In this document: piece after piece, positions 47,978 through 57,893 of the stretch
Layout of the letters: each line of letters starts with the position of its first letter
Position numbering within the stretch: position 1 is the stretch's first letter
Source of the DNA: Gemmatimonadales bacterium
GTDB taxonomy: Bacteria > Gemmatimonadota > Gemmatimonadetes > Gemmatimonadales > GWC2-71-9
Assembly: GCA_965249575.1 (NCBI GenBank)
Contig: OZ252244.1
Span: 2,976,001-3,040,000, forward strand
DNA: 64,000 nucleotides
Direction: 5' to 3'
The notes under the pieces: model-generated
The model's input: the letters and a program-made list of their open reading frames with translations, nothing else
Databases searched by the model: none
What the model was told of the DNA's origin: nothing
Made by a program: the position numbers and the translations under genes

Positions 47978-50752
47978 TCAGGCCTTCGCGAGTTGCCGCA
48001 GGACGTAGGGCAGGATACCGCCGTGGCGGTAATACTCGAGATCCACGGGCGTGTCGAGCCGCACCAGCGCGGCAAAGTCGATCATGGATCCGTCGTCTCG
48101 GCGAGCGGTGATCTCGACCTTCCCCGCCGGCGCCAGTCCTTTGGCGATACCGGTCACGCTGAACGACTCCCGCCCAGTCAGCCCGTAGCTCGACAGATCC
48201 GCGCCGGTTTCGAACTGGAGTGGCAAGACACCCATACCGACCAGGTTGCTTCGGTGGATGCGCTCGTATGTCTGCGCGATCACCGCTCGCACACCCAGTA
48301 GCGCCGTGCCCTTTGCCGCCCAGTCCCGCGAGCTGCCGGTGCCGTATTCCTTCCCCGCGATCACGATGAGCGGCGTGCTTTCGCTCCGGTACCGCTCGGC
48401 CGCTTCGTAAATGCTCGTGACGTCGCCGGACGGGATGTGAACGGTCCAGTTTCCTTCTCTTCCTTCGACGAGTTGGTTCTTGATTCTGATGTTGCCGAAG
48501 GTGCCGCGGATCATGACGTCGTGATGGCCACGGCGCGAGCCGAACGTGTTGAAGTCGACCGGCTTGACGTTCTGCCCGACCAGCCACCTCCCGGCCGGGC
48601 TGTCCTTGGGAATCGCGCCCGCGGGAGAGATGTGGTCGGTCGTGACGGTATCGCCGAGCCGCGCGAGCACGCGGGCATCCGCGATGTCCTGGACCGCGCG
48701 CGGCGTCGCCTCGAGGTCGGTGAGAAACGGTGGTTTCGCCACGTAGGTCGACTCGGGGTTCCACGCGAAGCGCCCGCCGGCCGCTTCCGGGATGGGGAGC
48801 CGTTTCCACGCATCGTCACCGTCGAAGACCGAGGCGTACTGGCGCTCGAAAATCTCTGGCTTGAGTGACGCCGCCATGGCGGCGTTGATCTCTTCCGGTT
48901 TGGGCCAGATGTCCTTGAGGTAGACCGGCTGCCCGTCTTTTCCGGATCCCAATGGTTCCCGCATCAGATCGATGTCGATCCGTCCCGCCAGCGCGAAGGC
49001 GACGACGAGCATCGGCGAGGCGAGATAATTCGCCCGTACCTGCGGATGGATCCGCGCCTCGAAGTTCCGGTTTCCCGAGAGCACCGCGACGGTGACCAGC
49101 TCGTGCTCGGCGACCGCTTGGGCGATGGCCTCCGCGAGCGGTCCGCTGTTGCCGATGCACGTCGTGCATCCGTAACCCACGACGTGGAACCCGAGCGACT
49201 CGAGATCGGTCAGCAGGCCGGCATCGGTCAAGTAGTCCGTCACCACCCGCGAGCCCGGCGCCAGGCTCGTCTTGACCCACGGCTTTCGGGTCAGGCCCCG
49301 CCGGACGGCGTTTCTGGCGACGAGACCGGCCCCGATCATGACGGAAGGATTCGAGGTGTTCGTGCAGCTGGTGATGGCCGCGATCACCACCGACCCGTCC
49401 GACAGCTGAAAGCGGCTGCCCTCGTAATCGACGTCGGCACTGGTGGTGACCTCGGGCGCGGCAACGGCCGCGGTCGTGGGCGACTGACCGCCCTCGTCCG
49501 CCCACTTCGCGCCGGCGGCCTCACCCACGTTTCGACGAGAGCCGTCGGGAACGAGATTTGGGAGAACCTGGCGGAACGAGTCCTTGACGTCGGTTAGCGC
49601 GACGCGATCCTGCGGCCGGCGCGGTCCCGCCAGCGAGGGAACCACCGCGCCGAGGTCGAGGTTCACAGTGTCGCTGTGCTCTGGGTCGGGGGCCCCCTCG
49701 ACATGGAACAGGTGTTGTTCCTTGCAATACCGCTCCACCCGTTGAACGAGCTCGGCCGGCCGGCCGGTGCGTTCGAGGTAACGGAGCGTTTCGCCGTCGA
49801 CCGGGAAGAAACCGATCGTGGCCCCATATTCCGGCGACATGTTGGCGATCGTCGCCCGGTCGGCGAGGCCCAGCGTCGACAGTCCTGGCCCGAAGAACTC
49901 CACGAACTTGCCCACCACGCCGTGCTTCCGCAGGACCTGCGTGACCGCGAGAACGAGGTCGGTGGCGGTGGCGCCCTCCGGCAGCCGGCCCGACAGCCGC
50001 ATGCCGATCACCTCGGGGAGCTGCATGAAGTACGGCTGGCCCAGCATGACCGCTTCGGCCTCGATACCGCCCACTCCCCAACCGACCACCCCGAGACCGT
50101 TGATCATGGTGGTGTGCGAGTCCGTCCCAACGAGCGTGTCGGGAAACGCGAACGCTTCACCGTTGCCGTCCGTTCGGCGGACGACGTCCGCCAGGTACTC
50201 CAGGTTCACCTGGTGCACGATCCCGGTGCCCGGCGGCACCACGCTGAAGTTGCGGAAGGCCTGTTGTGCCCAACGCAGCAACGCGTAACGCTCCCCGTTC
50301 CGCTCCATCTCGCGCTCGACATTGAGGCGGAAGGCAGTGGGGCCGCCGAAGAAATCGACTTGCACCGAGTGATCGATGACGAGGTCGGTGCGTACCAACG
50401 GGTTGATGCGGTCGGGATCTCCTCCCAGGTGCACCATGGCGTCGCGCATTGCGGCCAGGTCGACCACCGCAGGCACGCCGGTGAAGTCCTGAAGCACGAC
50501 ACGGCCGGGCATGAAGGGGATTTCGACGCTCCGGTCGGGCTCGGGGCGCCAGCGTGCGACCGCCTCGACGTGCTCCGATCGAGCGCTCCCCGTCGACGCA
50601 TGGCGGAGCACGTTCTCGAGCAGCACCCGAATCGAGTAAGGCAGGCGATCGACAGACGTCAGTCCCCGTTTCTCGAGGGCGTCGAGCCGAAAGACCGTTG
50701 CTTTGCCGTCGGAAAAGTCCAGCGTCGCGCGACTACCGAATGGATCGGTCAT
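47978..50752 (-). CDS. acnA: Aconitate hydratase A
   Basis: QDFTGVP, DHSVQVD, GTDSHT, AITSCTNTSNP, GCTTCIGNSG and GSSRDWAAKG. Confidence 0.97.
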   Translation of the reverse strand: MTDPFGSRATLDFSDGKATVFRLDALEKRGLTSVDRLPYSIRVLLENVLRHASTGSARSEHVEAVARWRPEPDRSVEIPFMPGRVVLQDFTGVPAVVDLAAMRDAMVHLGGDPDRINPLVRTDLVIDHSVQVDFFGGPTAFRLNVEREMERNGERYALLRWAQQAFRNFSVVPPGTGIVHQVNLEYLADVVRRTDGNGEAFAFPDTLVGTDSHTTMINGLGVVGWGVGGIEAEAVMLGQPYFMQLPEVIGMRLSGRLPEGATATDLVLAVTQVLRKHGVVGKFVEFFGPGLSTLGLADRATIANMSPEYGATIGFFPVDGETLRYLERTGRPAELVQRVERYCKEQHLFHVEGAPDPEHSDTVNLDLGAVVPSLAGPRRPQDRVALTDVKDSFRQVLPNLVPDGSRRNVGEAAGAKWADEGGQSPTTAAVAAPEVTTSADVDYEGSRFQLSDGSVVIAAITSCTNTSNPSVMIGAGLVARNAVRRGLTRKPWVKTSLAPGSRVVTDYLTDAGLLTDLESLGFHVVGYGCTTCIGNSGPLAEAIAQAVAEHELVTVAVLSGNRNFEARIHPQVRANYLASPMLVVAFALAGRIDIDLMREPLGSGKDGQPVYLKDIWPKPEEINAAMAASLKPEIFERQYASVFDGDDAWKRLPIPEAAGGRFAWNPESTYVAKPPFLTDLEATPRAVQDIADARVLARLGDTVTTDHISPAGAIPKDSPAGRWLVGQNVKPVDFNTFGSRRGHHDVMIRGTFGNIRIKNQLVEGREGNWTVHIPSGDVTSIYEAAERYRSESTPLIVIAGKEYGTGSSRDWAAKGTALLGVRAVIAQTYERIHRSNLVGMGVLPLQFETGADLSSYGLTGRESFSVTGIAKGLAPAGKVEITARRDDGSMIDFAALVRLDTPVDLEYYRHGGILPYVLRQLAKA

Positions 50753-50912
50753 GAGACGTAACATAAGCCGTCGGTCTGTCTCATGGTATTCAGGTAGCCG
50801 GGGAAATGGGGTGACGGGCTGCCCGTCCCGAAGTACCTTGCTTGCGGCCCGGTCGCGGACCACCACTGGTGGACCAATCCACCACCCAGGATGGAACCTG
50901 GAGGCCGAGCGG

Positions 50913-51887
50913 ATGAGAGTGCTGGCGGGGGATGTAGGTGGCACGAACGCGCGGCTCGCGGTCGTCGACGTCGACGGGGGCACCGCGACCATCGAGCGCG
51001 AGGAGCGGTTTCCCAGCCGCGACTATCCGGGTCTCGCCCCAATCGTCAAGAGCTTCTTACCGACTCAACAGGAGAGGCCTGAGCGCGCATGCTTCGGCGT
51101 CGCCTGTCCGGTCGTCGAACAGCGCTGTACGGCGCCCAACCTGCCGTGGACCATTGACGCCCGGAGCATCGCGGCGGAGATCGAGACCGCGACCAGCATC
51201 ATCAACGACTTCGATGCCATCGGGCACGGCTTGAGGCTCCTCGGGAGCGACGACGTGGTGGTGCTGCAAGAGGGGAAGCAGGATCCCAAGGGGCAGATCG
51301 CGCTGCTCGGTGCGGGCACGGGGCTCGGCCAGGGATTCCTCGTCTGGAACGGCTCACGCCACCTCGTGTGCTCGTCAGAGGGGGGCCACATTGACTTCGC
51401 CCCCCGTAACCAGCAGGAGTACCGGCTCCACGAGTACTTGGCGGATCGATATGGGCGCGTATCCTACGAGCGCGTGCTCTCGGGGCCAGGCATCTTGGAC
51501 ACATACCGCTTCTTGGTCGCTTCGGGATTTGCCGAGGAGCGGCCTGAGGTGGCAGCCGAGATGCAGGAGGAGGACCCGTCCGCGGTCATCACCGAGCATG
51601 GTCTTGCCGGTACGGATCAACTCTGTGTGAAGACCCTCGACATCTTCGCCGGGGTGTTTGGGGCCCAGGCGGGCAACGTGGCGCTGGCGCTCGTGGCGAC
51701 CGGTGGGGTCTTCCTGGCGGGCGGGATCGCGCCCAAGATTCTGCCCAAGTTGCGGGACGGAAAATTCGTCGCGGCCTTTCGCGATAAAGGCCGATTATCG
51801 AACTTTCTGGCGAAAGTTGCCGTTAATGTGATAACGAGTCCGAAGGTTGGGTTGCTCGGGGCAGCGGCGGCGGCCGCCGGCGAGTAA
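50913..51887 (+). CDS. glk: Glucokinase
   Basis: GDVGGTNARL, INDF, GAGTGLG, SEGGH and ERVLSGPG. Confidence 0.95.
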   Translation: MRVLAGDVGGTNARLAVVDVDGGTATIEREERFPSRDYPGLAPIVKSFLPTQQERPERACFGVACPVVEQRCTAPNLPWTIDARSIAAEIETATSIINDFDAIGHGLRLLGSDDVVVLQEGKQDPKGQIALLGAGTGLGQGFLVWNGSRHLVCSSEGGHIDFAPRNQQEYRLHEYLADRYGRVSYERVLSGPGILDTYRFLVASGFAEERPEVAAEMQEEDPSAVITEHGLAGTDQLCVKTLDIFAGVFGAQAGNVALALVATGGVFLAGGIAPKILPKLRDGKFVAAFRDKGRLSNFLAKVAVNVITSPKVGLLGAAAAAAGE

Positions 51888-51923
51888 TCGGCCGCCCCCG
51901 CAATTCTCGGAGATCGTTTTAAC

Positions 51924-53951
51924 ATGACCGAAGCCGTGACTGCACGCGCGACGTCCATCGACGAGCTCTGCATCAACGCCATCCGTGTCCTGGCCATGGA
52001 TGCCGTCCAGCAGGCCAACTCGGGCCACCCGGGAACTCCCATGGCCCTGGCGCCCCTCAGTTACGTGCTGTGGACGCGGCACCTGCGGCACAATCCTGCC
52101 GATCCCCAGTGGGTGGGTCGGGACCGCTTCGTGCTGTCCTGCGGGCACGCCTCGATGCTGCTCTACAGCCTGCTCTACCTCACCGGATACGACCTCTCGC
52201 TCGACGAGATCAAGAATTTCCGGCAGTGGGAGAGCAAGACCCCTGGGCACCCGGAGTTCGGTCTCACACCCGGGGTCGAGACGACGACTGGGCCGCTGGG
52301 CCAGGGGGTCGGGAACGCGGTGGGCATGGCGGTTGCCGAGGCGCACCTCGCCGCGCGTTTCAACCGACCCGGATCTCCGATCATCGACCATCGGACGTAC
52401 TTCATAGCGAGTGACGGCGATCTCATGGAAGGGGTGTCCCACGAGGCGGCCTCGCTCGCGGGGCACGTGGGACTCGGTAAGCTCATCGGATTCTACGACG
52501 ACAACCGCATCACGATCGAGGGAAGTACGTCGCTCGCGTATGGCGACGATGCCCAGCAACGGTTCGAGGCCTATGGGTGGCACGTACAGCGCGTGGCCGA
52601 CGGCAACGACCTCGACGCGATCGACGAGGCGATTCGTACCGCGCAAGACGTGATGGACCGGCCTTCACTGATCTCTGTGCGTACCGACATCGCTTTTGGG
52701 AGCCCGAACAAGCAGGGCACGCACGAGGCGCACGGGGCGCCGCTGGGTAAGGACGAGATACGTCTCACCAAGGAGAACCTGAAGTGGCCGTCCCTCGAGC
52801 CGTTCGACCTCCCCGACGGGGCGGTGGCCGAATGGCGAAAATGTGAAGCCCGGGGGGCTGGGCTCCAGGAAGAGTGGACGTCGGCCTTCGACGCCTACAC
52901 GAAGGCCCATCCTGCCGACGTCGCGGAGCTGAAACGCAGGCTCCGGTCAGAGCTGCCGGGTGACTGGACTTCTGCGCTGCCGAGCTTCGGTCCCGATGAC
53001 GGGCCGATGGCCACGCGTTCGGCGTCCGGCAAGGTCCTGAACGCCATCGCGCCCAAGCTTCCGGAGCTGATCGGGGGGTCGGCCGACCTCGCGCCGTCGA
53101 CGAACACGCTCATGAAAGATGGGAGCGACTTCTCGGCGACGAACCACGGCGGGCGGAACATGCATTTCGGTATTCGCGAGCACGGGATGGGGGCGGTGCT
53201 CAACGGCATGGCGCTGCACGGAGGCGTGTTACCGTTCGGGGCAACGTTCCTCATTTTTTCGGATTACATGCGGCCGCCGATCCGTCTCGCCGCCCTGATG
53301 GAGCAGCATACGATCTACGTGTACACCCACGATTCCATTGGGCTCGGGGAGGACGGACCCACCCACCAGCCGGTCGAGATGCTCTCGGCCCTGCGGGCGA
53401 TTCCCAACCTGACGGTGATCCGTCCGGCCGATGCCGGCGAGACCGTCGAAGCGTGGCGGGCGGCGATCGAGCATCGGGGCGGACCGGTGGCGCTGGTGTT
53501 GACCCGCCAGAAGGTCCCGACCCTCGACCGGGGGGTCGTGTCACCCGCGAGCGGCCTGGCCAGGGGTGGTTACGTGCTCTCGGAAGCGGGGAACGGCAAG
53601 CCCGAGGTCATTCTCATGGCGAGCGGCTCGGAGATCTCGCTGGCGCTCGGCGCGCGGGAGGAGCTGGAGAAGCGGGGCACGGCGGCGCGCGTCGTGAGCA
53701 TGCCCTCTCACGAGTTATTCTTCGCCCAGCCACGAAGCTACCGGGATGATGTACTGCCGCCGCCGGTCCGGCGGCGCGTCGCGGTCGAAGCCGCGCACCC
53801 GATGTCCTGGCATCGCCTGGTGGGCGACGCCGGAGCCGTGGTGGGCGTCGAGGGGTTCGGGGCATCGGCCCCGTACCAGCGTATATATCAAGAGTTTGGG
53901 CTGTCGGTCGAGAATATCGTGAAGAGGGCGGAGGCCCTCGTCGGGACCTGA
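51924..53951 (+). CDS. tkt: Transketolase
   Basis: [29 protein letters not shown] and [16 protein letters not shown]. Confidence 0.97.
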   Translation: MTEAVTARATSIDELCINAIRVLAMDAVQQANSGHPGTPMALAPLSYVLWTRHLRHNPADPQWVGRDRFVLSCGHASMLLYSLLYLTGYDLSLDEIKNFRQWESKTPGHPEFGLTPGVETTTGPLGQGVGNAVGMAVAEAHLAARFNRPGSPIIDHRTYFIASDGDLMEGVSHEAASLAGHVGLGKLIGFYDDNRITIEGSTSLAYGDDAQQRFEAYGWHVQRVADGNDLDAIDEAIRTAQDVMDRPSLISVRTDIAFGSPNKQGTHEAHGAPLGKDEIRLTKENLKWPSLEPFDLPDGAVAEWRKCEARGAGLQEEWTSAFDAYTKAHPADVAELKRRLRSELPGDWTSALPSFGPDDGPMATRSASGKVLNAIAPKLPELIGGSADLAPSTNTLMKDGSDFSATNHGGRNMHFGIREHGMGAVLNGMALHGGVLPFGATFLIFSDYMRPPIRLAALMEQHTIYVYTHDSIGLGEDGPTHQPVEMLSALRAIPNLTVIRPADAGETVEAWRAAIEHRGGPVALVLTRQKVPTLDRGVVSPASGLARGGYVLSEAGNGKPEVILMASGSEISLALGAREELEKRGTAARVVSMPSHELFFAQPRSYRDDVLPPPVRRRVAVEAAHPMSWHRLVGDAGAVVGVEGFGASAPYQRIYQEFGLSVENIVKRAEALVGT

Positions 53952-53968
53952 TAGGGAGGGGATGCGCA

Positions 53969-55096
53969 ATGCCTAAAGCGGTGGCTCAAACGAAAATGCA
54001 GGCGCTGCTCGAACTCGGACAGAGCGTGTGGCTCGACTACTTGAGGCGGGGCATGCTGCGGTCGGGAGAGCTCGCGGAACTCATCGACAACGGGTTGCGG
54101 GGCATGACCTCCAACCCGACGATCTTCGAGCAGGCGATTAGCAAGAGCGACGACTACGACGAGACCGTGGGCGCGCTCGCAGCGAGCGCCCGTACCGACC
54201 TCGAGGTGTTCGAGGCGATCGCCGTCGAGGACGTGCAGTCGGCGGCCGACTGCTTCCGCGACGTCTACGACAGCAGCAACGGCGGCGATGGGTTCGTCTC
54301 CCTCGAGGTTTCGCCCAAGCTCGCGCGGGACACGGACGGCACCGTAGCCGACGCCCGCCGGCTCTGGGCGGCCGTCGATCGCCCCAACGTCATGATCAAG
54401 GTTCCCGGCACCAAAGAGGGCTGGCCGGCCATCGAGGAGCTCCTGGGCGAAGGGATCAACGTCAACATCACCCTGCTCTTCTCCATCGACCACTACACGC
54501 AGGTGTCTGACGCATATCTTCGGGCGCTCGAGGCACGCCTCCAGCGCGGGGAGCCGATCGACCGGATCGCATCGGTCGCGTCGTTTTTCGTGAGCCGGGT
54601 GGATACGGAGACGGACAAGCGGATCGAGGCGCGCGGCGGCGCGCTCATCGGCCTCCGGGGCCGCGCGGCGATCGCGAACGCGCAGCTGGCGTATGTTCGG
54701 TTCCACGAGACCATGCGGAGTGAGCGCTGGCAGGCGCTGGCCGCCAACGGTGCCCAGCCGCAGCGACTGCTTTGGGCGAGCACGGGTACGAAGAACCCCG
54801 ACTACTCTGACGTTTTGTACGTCGACTCGCTCATCGCTCCCCAAACGGTGAACACGCTCCCGCCGCATACCCTCGAGCACTTCGAGGACCACGGAGTCGT
54901 CGAGAGAAGGCTGCACGACGACGATAAGGACGCCTCCGAGCTGGTCCGCGCACTTGCGGAGGGCGGTGTGGACATTCACGACGTAGCAGATACGCTGGAG
55001 GAAGAGGGCATCCGAAAGTTCGCCGATTCCTTCGATGCGCTGTTGGGAGTGATCGCGAGCAAGCGGAAAGAGCTGTCGAGCCTGACCTCGACCTAG
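53969..55096 (+). CDS. tal: Transaldolase (long type)
   Basis: GQSVWLD, GMTSNPTIF, NVMIKVP, ASFFVSRVD and LLWAST. Confidence 0.96.
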   Translation: MPKAVAQTKMQALLELGQSVWLDYLRRGMLRSGELAELIDNGLRGMTSNPTIFEQAISKSDDYDETVGALAASARTDLEVFEAIAVEDVQSAADCFRDVYDSSNGGDGFVSLEVSPKLARDTDGTVADARRLWAAVDRPNVMIKVPGTKEGWPAIEELLGEGINVNITLLFSIDHYTQVSDAYLRALEARLQRGEPIDRIASVASFFVSRVDTETDKRIEARGGALIGLRGRAAIANAQLAYVRFHETMRSERWQALAANGAQPQRLLWASTGTKNPDYSDVLYVDSLIAPQTVNTLPPHTLEHFEDHGVVERRLHDDDKDASELVRALAEGGVDIHDVADTLEEEGIRKFADSFDALLGVIASKRKELSSLTST

Positions 55097-55151
55097 GCTG
55101 CCGGCCTCCGGTCACAAGCCTCTTTCATCCCCCGGCCTCGATGGAGCTATC

Positions 55152-56711
55152 GTGAGCACGCGACTGTCGGTGGCCGTTCGGATCGCCGAGACCGGCGAGT
55201 TTCCTGCCGAAGATCTCAAGCGCGCCGACGCGTGCACGATGGTCATCGTGGGCGCCGGGGGAGATCTCACCCGGCGCAAGCTCCTGCCCGCCCTCTTCCG
55301 TCTCGAGCGCGCTGGGCTCCTTCCCCAGGAGTTCGCGGTGCTCGGCGTTGCGCGCGAGCCCTTCAGCGACGAGGCGTTCCGCGCGGCGATGCGCACGGCG
55401 GTCGAGCAAGCCGACGCTATGGACTTGCAGAAATGGAGTCGGTTCGAGCGGCGGCTGTACTATCTCACCGGCGATCTGGACGCCCCGGCCACGTACGAGG
55501 GGATCGCCCGGCGATTGGCGGAGGTCGAGTGCACCGCTCCGGACAGGGGCGGGCGGCTGTTCTACCTGGCCATTCCACCCAGCCTGTATCAGGGCGTTAT
55601 CGGGCGGATCTCGGAGAGCGGCGTGGCGCCGCGGGTCCACGAAGCGAAGACACGGCCGTGGGTCCGGGTCATCATCGAGAAACCGTTCGGGCGCAGCTTC
55701 GAGACCGGGCGGGCGCTGAACGCGATCGTGCGGCGGTCGTTCGCCGAACACCAGGTGTACCGCATCGATCATTACCTCGGCAAGGAGACGGTGCAGAACC
55801 TCCTGATGTTTCGCTTTGCCAACTCGTTCTTCGAGCCGGTATGGAACCGGCAGCACATACATCACGTCCAGATCACGGCCGCAGAGAGCGTGGGCGTCGA
55901 GCAGCGGGGACCCTATTACGAGGAAGCCGGCGTGGTCCGCGACATGTTCCAGAACCATTTGCTCCAACTGCTGGCCCTCACTGCGATGGAACCCCCGGTG
56001 ACGTTTAGTGCCGACGCCGTCCGGACGGAGAAGGTCAAGGTGCTGGAAGCCCTCCGGCCGATCACCCCAGCCGTGATGCACGATTATTCGGTCAGGGGCC
56101 AGTACGGGCCGGGAACGATCGCCGGGAGTTCTGTCGCGGGGTATCGCGAGGAGCCCGGGGTGGCGCCGGACTCGGGCACCGCGACGTATGCGGCGCTTCG
56201 GTTCATGGTCGACAACTGGCGCTGGGAGGGTGTGCCGTTCTACCTGCGCTCGGCAAAACGGATGCCCCGCCGCGCCTCGGAGATCGCGATACAGTTCCGA
56301 CGGCCGCCACATCTCATGTTTCCGCTGCCCCCGGGTCAGACCCTGGAGCCGAACGTTCTCGCCATCCGCGTGCAGCCCAACGAGGGCATCGCGCTCCGGT
56401 TCGAGGTCAAACTGCCCGGAATGGGCGCCAGAACGGCTTCGGTGGACATGGACTTCAACTACGCCGAGGCGTTCGGCGACCTGGGCCACCAGGCGTACGA
56501 CACCCTGATCCTCGACTGCATGCTCGGCGAGGCCACGCTGTTTACCCGAAACGACGAGGTCGACGCCGCCTGGGGCGTCGTCGACCCCATCATCGATTAC
56601 TGGGAAAACAAACGGCCGGATCATTTTCCCAACTATGCCGCAGGGCAGTGGGGTCCAGCCATTGCGGACGAGTTCATTGCGTCGATGGGATGTCGGTGGA
56701 GGCAGCCGTGA
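55152..56711 (+). CDS. zwf: Glucose-6-phosphate 1-dehydrogenase
   Basis: GAGGDL..RKL.P, EKPFG, RIDHYLGKE and RDMFQNH. Confidence 0.97.
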   Translation: MSTRLSVAVRIAETGEFPAEDLKRADACTMVIVGAGGDLTRRKLLPALFRLERAGLLPQEFAVLGVAREPFSDEAFRAAMRTAVEQADAMDLQKWSRFERRLYYLTGDLDAPATYEGIARRLAEVECTAPDRGGRLFYLAIPPSLYQGVIGRISESGVAPRVHEAKTRPWVRVIIEKPFGRSFETGRALNAIVRRSFAEHQVYRIDHYLGKETVQNLLMFRFANSFFEPVWNRQHIHHVQITAAESVGVEQRGPYYEEAGVVRDMFQNHLLQLLALTAMEPPVTFSADAVRTEKVKVLEALRPITPAVMHDYSVRGQYGPGTIAGSSVAGYREEPGVAPDSGTATYAALRFMVDNWRWEGVPFYLRSAKRMPRRASEIAIQFRRPPHLMFPLPPGQTLEPNVLAIRVQPNEGIALRFEVKLPGMGARTASVDMDFNYAEAFGDLGHQAYDTLILDCMLGEATLFTRNDEVDAAWGVVDPIIDYWENKRPDHFPNYAAGQWGPAIADEFIASMGCRWRQP

Positions 56712-56715
56712 CGGG

Positions 56716-56862
56716 AGGTGTCAGGGGTCAGGTTTCAGATGCCAGGCATGGCCCTCCGCTCCGACCTCAAGAGTTAGCAGTGAGCAGTGAGGAGGGTACC
56801 ACGCTCCCACGAGTGGAGGTGGTGGGCTTGGTTCCGGGCCACCTGACACCTGACACCTGACC
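56716..56862. repeat. Degenerate heptamer repeats forming an inverted pair (GGTGTCA-type / CCTGACA-type)
   Basis: GGTGTCAGGGGTCAGGTTTCAG on the left, GCAGTGA x2 in the middle, CACCTGA x3 on the right. Confidence 0.75.
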
Positions 56863-56877
56863 GGGAGTCTCACAGGC

Positions 56878-57633
56878 GTGCGGAGACTACTCCCTGTCTT
56901 GATCGGCGCTGTCGTTGCGATTGGATGCACTCGTCTCGGCATCTGGCAGGTGAGCCGGCTGACGGAGCGACGGGCGCTGAACGCGGAGATCGAAGCTCGC
57001 CGATCGCTCCCGGCGGTACGCCTCACCGAGCGCTGGGTGCCGGACTCGCTCGTGTACCGCGGGGCGACGGTTGATGGGGTGTTCGACGAGTCGCGCGAAG
57101 TCGTTCTGGCTGCGAGAAGCCTGAACGCGACGCCGGGCGTGCACGTCGTGACGCCACTGCTCGTCGCCGACGGCAGCGCGGTGCTGGTGGAGCGCGGATG
57201 GACTTACTCGCCCGACGGTCGGGCGGTCGACCTCGAGGCCCTGTCCGAGGAGAGCACGACGCGGGTCGAAGGGGTGTTCCTGCCGCCGCCGACGACGGAT
57301 GCCGGCGTCACGCCACCCGGTGACTCCGCCTGGCCACGGTACGTGCTGGCCGTCGATGCCCGGTTCTTGCGCGCCGCGTATCCGTATCCCATCTATCCGC
57401 TGGTACTCCGCCGTACCACGCCGGCACGCGCCGAAGGGTTGCGCGCGGTTCCTCCGCTCGCGCTGAACTCCGGGCCGCATCTCTCCTACGCGATCCAATG
57501 GTTTGCCTTCGGAGCGATCGCGCTGGTGGGATCGATCATCCTCGCCGCCCGGACCCCGCCCCGGAGTGAGGAGTCCACCCCCACCCCCACCCCCACCCCC
57601 ACCCCGTACCCAACCCCACCGACTGAGGAGTGA
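56878..57633 (+). CDS. SURF1 family protein
   Basis: LGIWQ..R, G.HVVTPL, VLVERGW and HLSYAIQWF; the C-terminal PT tail is encoded by repeats. Confidence 0.9.
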   Translation: MRRLLPVLIGAVVAIGCTRLGIWQVSRLTERRALNAEIEARRSLPAVRLTERWVPDSLVYRGATVDGVFDESREVVLAARSLNATPGVHVVTPLLVADGSAVLVERGWTYSPDGRAVDLEALSEESTTRVEGVFLPPPTTDAGVTPPGDSAWPRYVLAVDARFLRAAYPYPIYPLVLRRTTPARAEGLRAVPPLALNSGPHLSYAIQWFAFGAIALVGSIILAARTPPRSEESTPTPTPTPTPYPTPPTEE

Positions 57634-57800
57634 GGAGTCCGCACCTGGCCCAGCTCGCACCGGTGAAGAGGCCCCACAGCTACCGCACCCCTACCGACTG
57701 AGGAGTGAGGAGGATCACTATCCCACTCCACCGCGTGTGTGTCGGTGGGGCGGGGGCGTAGCGCCTCCTTACTCCTCACTCGGCGGTGAAGGATTGGGTG
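57562..57800. repeat. GAGTGAGGAG-core dispersed repeat cluster plus (CCCCCA)n
   Basis: ACCGACTGAGGAGTGAGGAG at 57618 and 57693; inverted family member at 57764-57800. Confidence 0.8.
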
Positions 57801-57893
57801 TGGCCCGCCCCCTCCCTTGACTTGTCCCACCCCCGCCTCCACTCTCGCGTGATTCAGACGGTGATCGATCGCCAAGCTCGCACTGGGGGGGGC

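Noticed and set aside
41115..56624. Long antisense ORFs (e.g. 41115..42050, 49676..50761, 53888..54979, 55125..56624)
   Set aside because: They are shadow frames of well-conserved genes, as expected from GC-rich codon bias, and have no recognisable motifs.
57562..57800. Possible CRISPR array from 20-bp direct repeats
   Set aside because: Only two exact copies, low-complexity spacers, one inverted copy and no cas genes.
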